Part shown: positions 38,317-47,196 of the stretch, piece by piece
How the letters are laid out: every line of letters starts with the position of its first letter
Position numbering within the stretch: position 1 is the first letter of the stretch
Source: Myxococcota bacterium
GTDB taxonomy: Bacteria > Myxococcota > UBA4151
Direction: 5' to 3'
Assembly (NCBI GenBank): GCA_040260805.1
Contig: JBDQPD010000010.1
Coordinates: 1-47,809, forward strand
Length of the DNA: 47,809 nt
Notes under the pieces: generated by a model
What the model was told of the DNA's origin: nothing
Seen by the model: only the letters and a program-made list of their open reading frames with translations
The model's database searches: none
Position numbers and translations under genes: made by a program

Positions 38317-40104
38317 ATGCCCAACAAGATTTCAAATCTAGCCAATACCATGGCGACTGCAGGCGCTTTCAAGCGTTCGGACGTCGAGAAGCTGATCAAC
38401 GCAGCCCAAGACGGCCCCGGCGTTACCGCCAATGAGAAAGCCGAACTCAACAAAGTATTAAGCAAACACGCTGATCTGTTTGAAGCGGGCGCAAAACTCG
38501 ATCTGCAGCGCTTCCTCAACCCCGATTTTGATGCACCGCTCAAGGCCAACCCCTCTGGCGACTTTGATCAAGATGGACTGAGCAACGCGCGTGAGTTCAA
38601 AATCGGTTCAGACCCTCGCTTAGTCGACACCGACGCCGACGGCTTGAGCGACTCGGTCGAGGTGAACAAGTACAAGCTTGATCCCTCGGACCCTCAAAAC
38701 AACGTGAAAGCCAAAACGGCGCCTTGGACGACCACCTACTGGCCGATGGCGGGTAGCGGCAACGCTGACGGTAACCCCCGAACGCACCTTTGGGCTAAAG
38801 ATGGCGCCTTGGATAAGCTCGATTCACTCAAGACCAGCCGAGGCGATGAGTCGGGCGCTAAGGCGCTCGAGTTCGAGCGCAAGCCTGCGCTGAACTGGCT
38901 CGTCGGCGACCGCGATAAGGGTCATTATATCCCAAAATCCGGACTCAAAGAGAACAACGCCGAGATGACTACGGGCGTCGACTTTGATGGCGATGGCAAG
39001 CTCACGGCTGGCGTCAAAGCCGACTTTATTGATGGACGCGGCGATTTCGCTGCGGTCGTCAATCGTGGCGCTTTTGTTCCGAAACTCGGTGAAGACGTGC
39101 TGACCCGAAAAGTGGTCGACGGCGAAGATGGCGAGAAAACCACCCAGTACTTCAAGGCTGATGGCAGCCAGCTCAGCGCTGAAGAAGCCAAGCAGGTGGT
39201 CCTGACCAATCCGAACTCGGACGGCAAAGCTGAAGGCAACATGAGCGTTGGCTGGTGGGGAAGCTGCGACAAGGTCGCCCTCGCTGGAATTCTCTTTGAA
39301 GACCCTCAGCGCGACGTGACCCTCGACGGCGTCACCTTCACCAAGCAAGACATTCGCGGCCTGCTCACGGTGGTCGCCGACTCTCAAACCAACGGAACCG
39401 ATTTCGTCGGTCATCGTTATGATGAGCGAGCCGACATTGTCGTCACCAATGACGGCAAGCAGTTCTCAGGCAAAATTATGGACGTCAGCGGCGATGACTT
39501 TCGCGCTGCGAAAGACATGTGGCGCTGGAACGGCGACTACATGGTCACCAACGGGTCCGAAAAAGAGGTGAAGATCTAACTCACCGACGGCACCGAAACG
39601 CCCTTCCCAGCTTCTGAGGTCAAGCACCTCGCACGCGAGGACAAAGCCGATATGGACCCAGGTCTTTATCACGTCACGATGAAGCAATGGCTGGCCGACG
39701 GGCGAGGCGCTGCGATGGATCAGGATTCAGGTTCCCACGTGTGGAACTACAACTTCTCGAGCTTTGACGTCTCCGAGCGAAATGTCGACAACTTCAACCG
39801 CGCCGAAGCCGTGGGTCACAACGGGCCTGCTGGCGATGGCGATATCCGTCATTACAACTCGCGGGTCACCTTCTCGAGTGGTCCGAAGAGCTTTGATTAC
39901 TGGCTCGAATATAAAGATGGCGACGTGGTCAACGGTGGCTGGAAAGGCAACAACCCTGACTTCTTATGGCGCCCTGCCGCTTCGGGTGACTGGACCGGCG
40001 CGAACGATCGCAACCCCTTCGTCAATCCCGAGTTGGTCAAAGAGATCTACGAAGCCAGCATTGCGCCTGAGGCGCCCGCTGCCCCAGTCAGCACTGACGA
40101 CTAA
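38317..40104 (+). pseudogene. Transglutaminase-elicitor (GP42)-like protein with Ca-binding repeats, interrupted by one in-frame TAA at 39577-39579
   Basis: ORFs 38317-39579 and 39652-40104 are in the same frame with an open linker. Family motifs fall on both sides: PWTTTYWP, WWGSC, VTLDGVTF..QDIRGLL before the stop; MDPGLYH, VWNY, YWLE..GDVVNGGW, NPDFLWRP after it. Confidence 0.72.
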
Positions 40105-40127
40105 GCGCACAGAGCAGTACAACGATT

Positions 40128-40160
40128 CACCAAGCCCTCGCGCTTGGTGTTTCTTTTTTT
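40128..40160 (+). terminator. Intrinsic terminator
   Basis: CACCAAGC-cctcgc-GCTTGGTG followed by TTTCTTTTTTT. Confidence 0.8.
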
Positions 40161-40290
40161 GCCTTCGATCAGACGAAGCATACAGCGTTGGCGGCTCGAT
40201 AGGCGGCAAAAATATCAAACCACTGACTTGATTTTAAACCGCTCGTTATGGTGTCGGCTAAGTGCAACCCAAGCTGAGATATGAGACGTC

Positions 40291-41730
40291 ATGAAACGCA
40301 GAGAATTTGTAAGTGCAGCCGCCGTTTCTGCATTACAAATCTACGTGATGGGCTGCACCTCGAGACGCTCCAAGGTATCACCCCATGAAACGAGCAAGGT
40401 GCCGAGCGCATCGTCAAACACTAGCTCGTCACCGATGCAAAGCTTCGGTCCGTTGATCGATGCCAAAGACGGTTTGCTCGATCTGCCAAAGGGATTTCAC
40501 TACGTCGCGCTGCAACAGGCTGGAGACCTGATGAGTGACGGATTACAGATGTCCTTTCAGCCCGACGGGATGGCGTGCTTTCAAGACGATCAAGGGCGGT
40601 ATGTTTTGTTGCGTAACCACGAACTCGGCGACCAAGGTCATTTGGATCGATATCAACCAGCGTCAACGCGCCGTCAGCTCATGGTCCCTAAGCCTGCCTA
40701 CAATGAGCGCTGCTTTGGTGGGGTAAGCCGAGTGGTTGTCGATCCCAAGAAATTACAGGGCGATTTTAAAAGCGGTCTATCGACCGCAGTCGTCAACTCG
40801 CATTGGGTTCTATCGGGCACGGACGGGAATTGTGCGGGCGGAGTCTTTGAAGGGGGCTGGGTCAGCTGTGAAGAGACCGACGCTCCAGGGCATGGATACG
40901 CGTTCCTAACGCTTCCCACCGACACGAAACTAATGCCGCCTCGTCGCTTGGACTCATGGGGTCGATTTCGGCGTGAAGCGATCGTTCACGATCCCGAACT
41001 CGATCTCATCTACATGACCGAGGATCACAGCCAAAGCTGCTTGTATCGATTTGTTCCAGCGCAGAAGGGCGCCCCAACTGGAGGTGGAACCCTCCAGGCT
41101 TTAAGCGTCCTGGGTGTCCCTGATACATCGCCTTATACTCGAGATTCCTCGACGGTGAACGCAAAGCCTAGATGGGCTGACGGAACACGATGGAAAACCA
41201 CCTGGGTGAACGTCGATGACCCACAAGCATCAGAACAAACCTGCCGAGACCAAGCGCTAACACGAGGAGCCTCCCGATTTAATCGCCTCGAGGGAATTTG
41301 TCGCTCCAACCGATCGATAGGGTTCACTGCCTCGGTTGGCGGCGCCGCTTTTGCGGGACAGGTTTTCGAATACACTCCTGATCCTCATGACCGAGACCAA
41401 GGTGAGCTGGTGCTGCGACACGAGGTGACCGACCGAAGCGTCATCTCTTGCCCTGACAACCTCGTGATGACGCCTTGGGATGAGCTCTTGATGGCCGAGG
41501 ATAATTACTCCATCGGGCGGGGCTGTACACACCAGCACTTACGCGTGATGACGCGCTCGGGTGAGGTCTATGATTTAGCGCGCAATCGGAAAAATTTCCC
41601 AGATAAGGGTCACGCAGGAGCCGAATTTACAGGTGCCTGCTTTTCGCCCGATGGGCGCATTTTGTTCGTGAACCTTCAGCACCCTGAGCATGTGACACTA
41701 GCGATTACCGGGCCATGGCCAAGCGCTTGA
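40291..41730 (+). CDS. phoX: PhoX-family (DUF839) alkaline phosphatase, Tat-exported
   Basis: MKRREFV twin-arginine signal; PDGM, LLRNHE, NCAGG, WVSCEE, YMTED, PDNL, EFTGACFSPDGRILFVNLQHP. Confidence 0.88.
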   Translation: MKRREFVSAAAVSALQIYVMGCTSRRSKVSPHETSKVPSASSNTSSSPMQSFGPLIDAKDGLLDLPKGFHYVALQQAGDLMSDGLQMSFQPDGMACFQDDQGRYVLLRNHELGDQGHLDRYQPASTRRQLMVPKPAYNERCFGGVSRVVVDPKKLQGDFKSGLSTAVVNSHWVLSGTDGNCAGGVFEGGWVSCEETDAPGHGYAFLTLPTDTKLMPPRRLDSWGRFRREAIVHDPELDLIYMTEDHSQSCLYRFVPAQKGAPTGGGTLQALSVLGVPDTSPYTRDSSTVNAKPRWADGTRWKTTWVNVDDPQASEQTCRDQALTRGASRFNRLEGICRSNRSIGFTASVGGAAFAGQVFEYTPDPHDRDQGELVLRHEVTDRSVISCPDNLVMTPWDELLMAEDNYSIGRGCTHQHLRVMTRSGEVYDLARNRKNFPDKGHAGAEFTGACFSPDGRILFVNLQHPEHVTLAITGPWPSA

Positions 41731-41787
41731 TCGCACCACACTCTGCGACAGGGCGCTCTCGTTAGCCCTAAAATTTATCAAAAGATT

Positions 41788-42876
41788 CTAAATGGCGTGA
41801 ATTTGACTCAAGTCGACACGAAAACGACTCAAATTACGTTCTCCGACCAACCAAGGGCTAGGATCTCTCGTTGCGGTAATGAAAACCTGCCCAGCGCGGT
41901 CAAGCAAGCGAGCGAACAGCGCCTCTGCGCGCCGGTCGTCAAGTTCACCTGTGATATCATCAAGTAATAGGATCGGCGGCTGGCGACGCTTAGCGATCAA
42001 TTCAACCTGAGCGAGCCGACAAGCGAGCACGGCAGAGCGTTGCTGGCCCTGGCTGGCGCGCTGGCGCAAGTTGCGGTCATCCAGCCGTAAAGCCCAGTCC
42101 TCGGAGTGCGGCCCCTGACTGGTGTGGCCTTGGCGCTGGTCTCGGGCTTTATTGCTGCGCCACAGCTGCATTAAGCTGGCTTGCAAGTCCGAGCCTTGAA
42201 CACAGGGTTTATACGCTGCGGTTAGCTGCTCTTTACCGGCGCAGATCGCCTCATAGGCGGGCTGCAAATCGGCGCTTAGAACCTGTGCCGCCTCAGCACG
42301 GTGGCGCATCAACTGCGCACCGTAGCGGGCGGCTTCCTCACTCCACAAATCCAGCAACTCGCCGCCGCGAGCGCTTGGCCGAAGCAGGGCATTACGAGCG
42401 GACAGCGCTTGGCCATAACGAGCGCTCAGATCACGATGGTCCGGAAAAATTTGCTCCGCTACCGCGTCGAGTAAGCGCCGGCGCTCCTTAGGCCCGCCTT
42501 GGACTAAACTGAGATCACCGGGACGAAAGAAGACCACCGGATGCTCGGCGGCAAACCCGGCGGCGCTGCGCGGGGTTTGATCATCCACTTTAATACGTCG
42601 GTCCGAACGATCAAAGCCGATTCGCAGCTGATGAAAGCCTACAGGCGTCTGCATCTGAGCGGCCATAAACCCTGTATCGGTGCCTTGAGGAATGAGCTCC
42701 CGCCACCGCAAACCTGGCGGTGGACGCAGCTGCGTTGCGACATAAATAGCCTCTAAAATCGACGTTTTACCCACGCCGTTCGCGCCAATGAGTAGGTGGA
42801 TTTCAGCGTCTGGGCACCAATGTAGGTCCTGCCAACATCGAAACCCTTTAAGCTCAAGACGGGTAATGCGGCTCAT
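41788..42876 (-). CDS. recF: DNA replication and repair protein RecF
   Basis: GANGVGKTSILEAI, GGPKERRRLLD, RNALL, GPHSED, ASQGQQRS, PILLLDDITGELD. Confidence 0.95.
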   Translation of the reverse strand: MSRITRLELKGFRCWQDLHWCPDAEIHLLIGANGVGKTSILEAIYVATQLRPPPGLRWRELIPQGTDTGFMAAQMQTPVGFHQLRIGFDRSDRRIKVDDQTPRSAAGFAAEHPVVFFRPGDLSLVQGGPKERRRLLDAVAEQIFPDHRDLSARYGQALSARNALLRPSARGGELLDLWSEEAARYGAQLMRHRAEAAQVLSADLQPAYEAICAGKEQLTAAYKPCVQGSDLQASLMQLWRSNKARDQRQGHTSQGPHSEDWALRLDDRNLRQRASQGQQRSAVLACRLAQVELIAKRRQPPILLLDDITGELDDRRAEALFARLLDRAGQVFITATRDPSPWLVGERNLSRFRVDLSQIHAI

Positions 42877-43316
42877 TCGCCTGCGAAAAATTCCTCGATC
42901 GCCTCCAGCGCGTTGCCGCCGGCAATTAACTCAGCGGCTGGCGGCCTGTTGGGATCGTTAACAATTTCATCGAGGCGACCGCGAGCGACCTTAGCCACCG
43001 TGGCATCACCAATTTCAGTCAACGCAACCAGCGCCATCACCGCCGGGTCATCTGCGGGTTGCCGACGAGCCACCCGCTGATAGGTGAACACCGCGGTTCG
43101 GCGTTTACCCATGGCGCGGTAAGCGTGTCCGAGCAATAAGCGAGCGTTGACGCCCAGCGGCCGTTCGTCTTCTTCAGCGATTTCTTTCAACAGCTCAGCA
43201 GCGCTGGCTGCATTTTTATCGTCGATCAACCGGTGCAGCGCCTCTTTAAAAGCGAGTTCAAACCGCTCATCACCACGAGCGGTCTTTAATGCTGCCTGAA
43301 GAGCCGCTCGATCCAC
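42873..43316 (-). CDS. Hypothetical TPR-like helical protein
   Basis: ARLLLGHAYRAMGKRRTAVFTYQRV; ATGA overlap with recF. Confidence 0.65.
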   Translation of the reverse strand: MDRAALQAALKTARGDERFELAFKEALHRLIDDKNAASAAELLKEIAEEDERPLGVNARLLLGHAYRAMGKRRTAVFTYQRVARRQPADDPAVMALVALTEIGDATVAKVARGRLDEIVNDPNRPPAAELIAGGNALEAIEEFFAGE

Positions 43317-43317
43317 C

Positions 43318-43469
43318 TGAAAATCCCTGTTTGCTGCGCAAATAGCCTATGGCGTGAATGCCCAGCTTAGACAACCACCAGCATGCGGGCTTGAAGCCTT
43401 GCCCGCATCCAGCGTACCGCAATCTCGCAGGGAAAAGTGTCATGAACCGTAAGCAGCACGGATTTGCAG
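43318..43469 (+). ncRNA. Candidate structured RNA (long imperfect rod, possibly 6S-like)
   Basis: 43318-43338 pairs with 43448-43469; TATGGCG pairs with TGTCATG; terminal hairpin ATGCGGGC/GCCCGCAT. Folded by eye only. Confidence 0.4.
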
Positions 43470-43515
43470 ACGTAGACCAGGCGCTGAGCTGCGCACACAG
43501 CGAGCGAAGGACGCT

Positions 43516-45540
43516 ATGAGCTCTGATCAAAACATCCAGCGACTCGAGCAAGAAATTCAGCGTCACGATCGCCTCTATTGGCAAGACGATGCGCCTGAGA
43601 TTTCAGATCAGGCTTACGATGCGCTGGTCCAAGAGCTTCAACGACTTGATCCCCACAATCCACTGCTCAGTCGATTACAAGAAGCTCCCCAGCTCGACCT
43701 TTTTAGCGCTAAAGAGGTCGGTGTTGCCGATCGTTTCGGACAAGCGGTCGAGCATGAACACCCGATGCTTAGCCTTAATAAAGCGTATGAGTTTGAGGCG
43801 ATTGAAAAGTGGTTTTCTGGCTTTGATGGCGGCGTGGTCGTCATGCCTAAAATCGACGGGATTGCCTGCTCTTTACGCTACGACAGCCAGGGGTATTTGG
43901 TCTCTGCAGCGACGCGCGGGAATGGTCGGCACGGAGAGGATATCACCGCCAATATACTCGCCTCTGAGGCGGTACCTACAACCATCTTAGCGGTTCATGC
44001 GCCCCTCGAGGTGCGCGGTGAGGTCTACATCCCGACCGCAGCGTTTAAGCGTCATCTAGCCGATCGGTTTTCCAACCCAAGAAACACCGCAGCAGGCGCG
44101 ATCAAACAAAAGGACCACAGCGCCACACCAGGCTATCATCTGCGCTTCTTTGCCTACGATCTGATCGCCACAGACCAACCGGACGAGGGCGCTAAATTTG
44201 AGCGTCTCGAAGCCATCGGTTTTGACCGGGCTGAGCACAGTTTATGCGCTGACTTTGACCAAACTCGGGCCGCTGTCGAAGGCTACCGAGACGGACGAGA
44301 GCAGCTCCCTTATGAAACCGACGGCGTCGTCATTCGAACTCGCCTCGCTCGAGAGCAGACGCGCCTCGGGCTCACCGCTCATCACCCGCGCTACGCGATG
44401 GCGTTTAAGTTTACCGGGGAGGTCGCAGAGACGCTCTTAACCGAGGTCTACTGGCAAGTCGCTCGAACCGGGACCATTACCCCGGTCGCTCAGCTCGAAC
44501 CCGTCGAGTTGTCTGGAGCCATGGTCAGCCGCGCTAGCCTGCACCACGCCGGGCGAGTTGAAGCCTTAGAGCTTGCCGTCCCTGCGCGCGTGATCGCCGC
44601 ACGGCGGGGCGGTGTGATCCCTCATATCGAGGGGGTTATTAGCGTCGGTGCTCATCCTGTTGCGATCCCAAGCATTTGCCCTGGCTGTGATTCCCCGACC
44701 GCGCGTCGCGATGATTTTTTAGTCTGTTCGGCGCCGCAAAACTGTCGCCCAACTCGCATCGCAGCGCTGATCCACTGGTGTCGTGCGCTCGACCTTGAGG
44801 GCATCGGACAAAAACTGGCGGAACAATTGCACGACGAAGGGCTCGCTGAGTCGCCCATCGATCTGTACTCGCTGCGAAGGGAGTCCCTGCTCACGCTGCC
44901 AAGGCTCGCCGAAAAATCAGCTGATAATATCTTGGGGCAAATCGATCAAAGCCGAACGGCTACTGGCGTTCAGTTCTTGGTGGGTTTGGGCATTGATGAC
45001 CTCGGCACAACGGTCGCTCGCCGGCTGCTCGATGAGCTCAAAACGATCGAAGCACTGCTCGAAGCAGATGAAGAACGACTCCTTCAGATCGATGGGATCG
45101 GTTCCATCACCGGCGCTGGCATCCGGCGCGCTCTAGATGATCGAGACCAAGAGATTCAAGATCTCATCGGTGTACTCGATCTATCAAGTATCCCCTCTCA
45201 AGCCGACGACGCTGACGGCTTTCTTGACGGTTATTGGGTGGTCTTTACGGGCAGTCTCGAGAGCTCAGATCGAAAAACCGCTCAAGCCCAGGCCCGGTCA
45301 GTGAGCGCTCAGACTCCAAGTTCAGTGGTCTCCAAAGGGCAGGGGTTGCTGGTGGTTGGTGACCGAGACTCTGCCCTCACTGGGGAGGGGCGGGTCAGCT
45401 CCAAGCATGCAAAAGCTCGAACGCAAGTACGCCAAGGCGCAGCCATTTTGATTCTCACCGAGACCGAATGGCTCGATTTGATGACGCACAATTCATCGAT
45501 CGATGAACTCAAAGAGCGGTGGCAAGGACAGCCGCGATAA
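43516..45540 (+). CDS. ligA: NAD-dependent DNA ligase
   Basis: HDRLYW..DAPEISDQAYD, PMLSLNK, KIDG, ATRGNG, EVRGE, NPRNTAAG, DGVVI, RTGTITPVA, zinc finger, HhH motifs, BRCT (VVFTGSL). Confidence 0.97.
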   Translation: MSSDQNIQRLEQEIQRHDRLYWQDDAPEISDQAYDALVQELQRLDPHNPLLSRLQEAPQLDLFSAKEVGVADRFGQAVEHEHPMLSLNKAYEFEAIEKWFSGFDGGVVVMPKIDGIACSLRYDSQGYLVSAATRGNGRHGEDITANILASEAVPTTILAVHAPLEVRGEVYIPTAAFKRHLADRFSNPRNTAAGAIKQKDHSATPGYHLRFFAYDLIATDQPDEGAKFERLEAIGFDRAEHSLCADFDQTRAAVEGYRDGREQLPYETDGVVIRTRLAREQTRLGLTAHHPRYAMAFKFTGEVAETLLTEVYWQVARTGTITPVAQLEPVELSGAMVSRASLHHAGRVEALELAVPARVIAARRGGVIPHIEGVISVGAHPVAIPSICPGCDSPTARRDDFLVCSAPQNCRPTRIAALIHWCRALDLEGIGQKLAEQLHDEGLAESPIDLYSLRRESLLTLPRLAEKSADNILGQIDQSRTATGVQFLVGLGIDDLGTTVARRLLDELKTIEALLEADEERLLQIDGIGSITGAGIRRALDDRDQEIQDLIGVLDLSSIPSQADDADGFLDGYWVVFTGSLESSDRKTAQAQARSVSAQTPSSVVSKGQGLLVVGDRDSALTGEGRVSSKHAKARTQVRQGAAILILTETEWLDLMTHNSSIDELKERWQGQPR

Positions 45541-45569
45541 GTCGCCTTGTCTCAAACCAAGCCTTACCG

Positions 45570-45722
45570 TAGACACGTTCCGTCGCACAGCGGTCAGGAA
45601 GTCGGTTAGAATCCGACGCTGCCCCCGCAACTGTGACCGGTGACGACCCCATTACAACCACTGCATGTGCTCATGTGGGAAGGTCTGGGGGAGGATGATC
45701 CGGCGAGCCAGGATACTGTGGC
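45570..45722 (+). promoter_or_regulatory. Cobalamin riboswitch
   Basis: AGGAAGTCGGTTAGAATCCGACGCTGCCCCCGCAACTGTGA ... CCACTG ... TGGGAAGGT ... GAGCCAGGATACTG (B12 box); upstream of a TonB-receptor operon. Confidence 0.93.
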
Positions 45723-45803
45723 TGTGAGGCATCTAACGAATCGCGTATCGGCGGGATACTCGATCGGTTATGACCTCGCGTCTAACTGTCCTTTTGGATC
45801 GAT

Positions 45804-45830
45804 CAACCCCGCTCATCATGAAAGGGGTTG
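45804..45830 (+). promoter_or_regulatory. RBS-sequestering hairpin (riboswitch expression platform)
   Basis: CAACCCC (45804-45810) is the exact complement of GGGGTTG (45824-45830), which carries the RBS of ATG 45833. Confidence 0.6.
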
Positions 45831-45832
45831 TC

Positions 45833-46576
45833 ATGACCAACCGTTTCTTCGTCTTGAGTACTGCTTTAGTTAGCCTCGCGTGCGCACCTTTGGATTCAGA
45901 TCCTTCGCTTGTGACCATCGAAGTGGAAGGGACCTGGGCGACCCCTTGGGGTGATGAAGTCATCACCGTCGATCAGTGGCAAACGGCGACGATTATCACC
46001 TTTGATAACGAGACCAACACAGCGATCACTCAAATGCCTGCCGATGATGAGTTCAACCCAAACGCCTACTCGAAGCTGCGCTGGACCGAAGCGGTTGATG
46101 GCGCCTTTCATTACTGCACAGTCGCCTTTGGCCAAGCTACCGAGCTTGACGCTGAAGCTGCCGCAGACACCTCTGATGCTACCGATCTCGACGGTGAAGG
46201 CTGCGGTGGCTTTGCTTGGACCTCGATGCGAGAGCCGCTGCTCATCGCCGGTGACTGGTCTTCAGAGTTTGGCGATGAGAACATCTCTAGCCAGGCCTGG
46301 GACAACGGGTTTTCAGTGACCGCAGTCAGCGACTTTAACAACGCCGATCAATGGGTGATCACGCAAAACGCAGCGGACGCCGAGTTCGATCCGAGCGCCT
46401 TCAACTCGGTGTTTTGGGCTGACGGCGCCAACGGCGTGATCTATTATTGCACCGGCAGCTTTGGACACGAAACCTTTGCCGCAGCTCGAGACGGCATCAG
46501 CACTCGCCCCGATGCAAGCCAACCTGAAGAGTCAGGTTGCGGAGACTTTGCGTGGACCCAACTCGAGCCACGCTGA
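45833..46576 (+). CDS. Lipoprotein with two tandem ~105-aa repeats, first gene under the B12 riboswitch
   Basis: Lipobox VSLAC; both halves share G.W....GDE.I....W, ITQ..AD.EF.P.A....W, YCT..FG and GCG.FAWT. Confidence 0.8.
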   Translation: MTNRFFVLSTALVSLACAPLDSDPSLVTIEVEGTWATPWGDEVITVDQWQTATIITFDNETNTAITQMPADDEFNPNAYSKLRWTEAVDGAFHYCTVAFGQATELDAEAAADTSDATDLDGEGCGGFAWTSMREPLLIAGDWSSEFGDENISSQAWDNGFSVTAVSDFNNADQWVITQNAADAEFDPSAFNSVFWADGANGVIYYCTGSFGHETFAAARDGISTRPDASQPEESGCGDFAWTQLEPR

Positions 46577-47196
46577 TTCTCTGCCTCGCAGCCTGCGCTG
46601 CAGAGCCTGTGGTCGAGACCTCACATGATGCAGGTCATGAGCCTGCTGATCTGCCGTATGCTACCGAGGTGGTCTCGTTTAGCCCTGGCCCTGGCGCAGG
46701 GTTCGGACACCAGCACTTTCCAGGTATCGTGCTGGGTCCGCCCAAGGGCTATGGCGCAGCGCGCGGCAGCGTGGACGTTTTGAGTTTAGGTCAAGGCGGC
46801 TCGATCGTGCTTGGGTTTACGCCTAGAACCATTGTCGACGGTCCAGGGCCGGACTTTGTCGTCTTTGAGAACCCCTTCTGGGTGGGTGACTCCGAAGACT
46901 CCGTCTTCGCCGAGCTCGGACGCGTCGCGGTCAGCGCTGATGGCGAAACGTGGTTCGATTTTGATTGCCAGCGCGAAGAACAACCGCCCGCTCTTTGTGC
47001 AGGCTACACCCCTACTCAGCGCTACACGCCCGATCACAACCTAGACCCTGAATTATGCGGAGGCGATGCCTTTGATCTGTCGGATCTTGGCTTGGATGAG
47101 GTCCGCTTCGTACGCGTGACCGATGTCAGTTTTTCAGGCGAGACACCGAGCGCCGGATTTGATCTCGACGCTGTTGGTTTGATCCACTTCGAGTGA
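46552..47196 (+). CDS. Cell-surface lipoprotein, probably cobalamin-uptake associated
   Basis: GGAG then GTG; lipobox LAAC; VVSFSPG, LSLGQGGSIVLGF, DGPGPDFVVFENPF, GGDAFDL, GFDLDAV. Confidence 0.75.
   Translation: MDPTRATLILCLAACAAEPVVETSHDAGHEPADLPYATEVVSFSPGPGAGFGHQHFPGIVLGPPKGYGAARGSVDVLSLGQGGSIVLGFTPRTIVDGPGPDFVVFENPFWVGDSEDSVFAELGRVAVSADGETWFDFDCQREEQPPALCAGYTPTQRYTPDHNLDPELCGGDAFDLSDLGLDEVRFVRVTDVSFSGETPSAGFDLDAVGLIHFE

Noticed and set aside
38824..39414. 196-aa - strand ORF, and similar antisense ORFs within 13793-18223
   Set aside because: Antisense shadows expected from the strong codon bias of the real genes.
39577..39579. Selenocysteine, pyrrolysine or alternative genetic code at the internal stop
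   Set aside because: The codon is TAA, not TGA or TAG, and TAA terminates several clear genes in this window.
40251..40277. Minus-strand TCAG-N15-GCCGACAC sigma-28-like motif
   Set aside because: Points antisense with no gene downstream; likely chance.
43440..43465. SRP RNA, suggested by GAACCG...AAGCAGC
   Set aside because: Lacks the conserved CAGG-GNRA-AGCAG domain IV hairpin.
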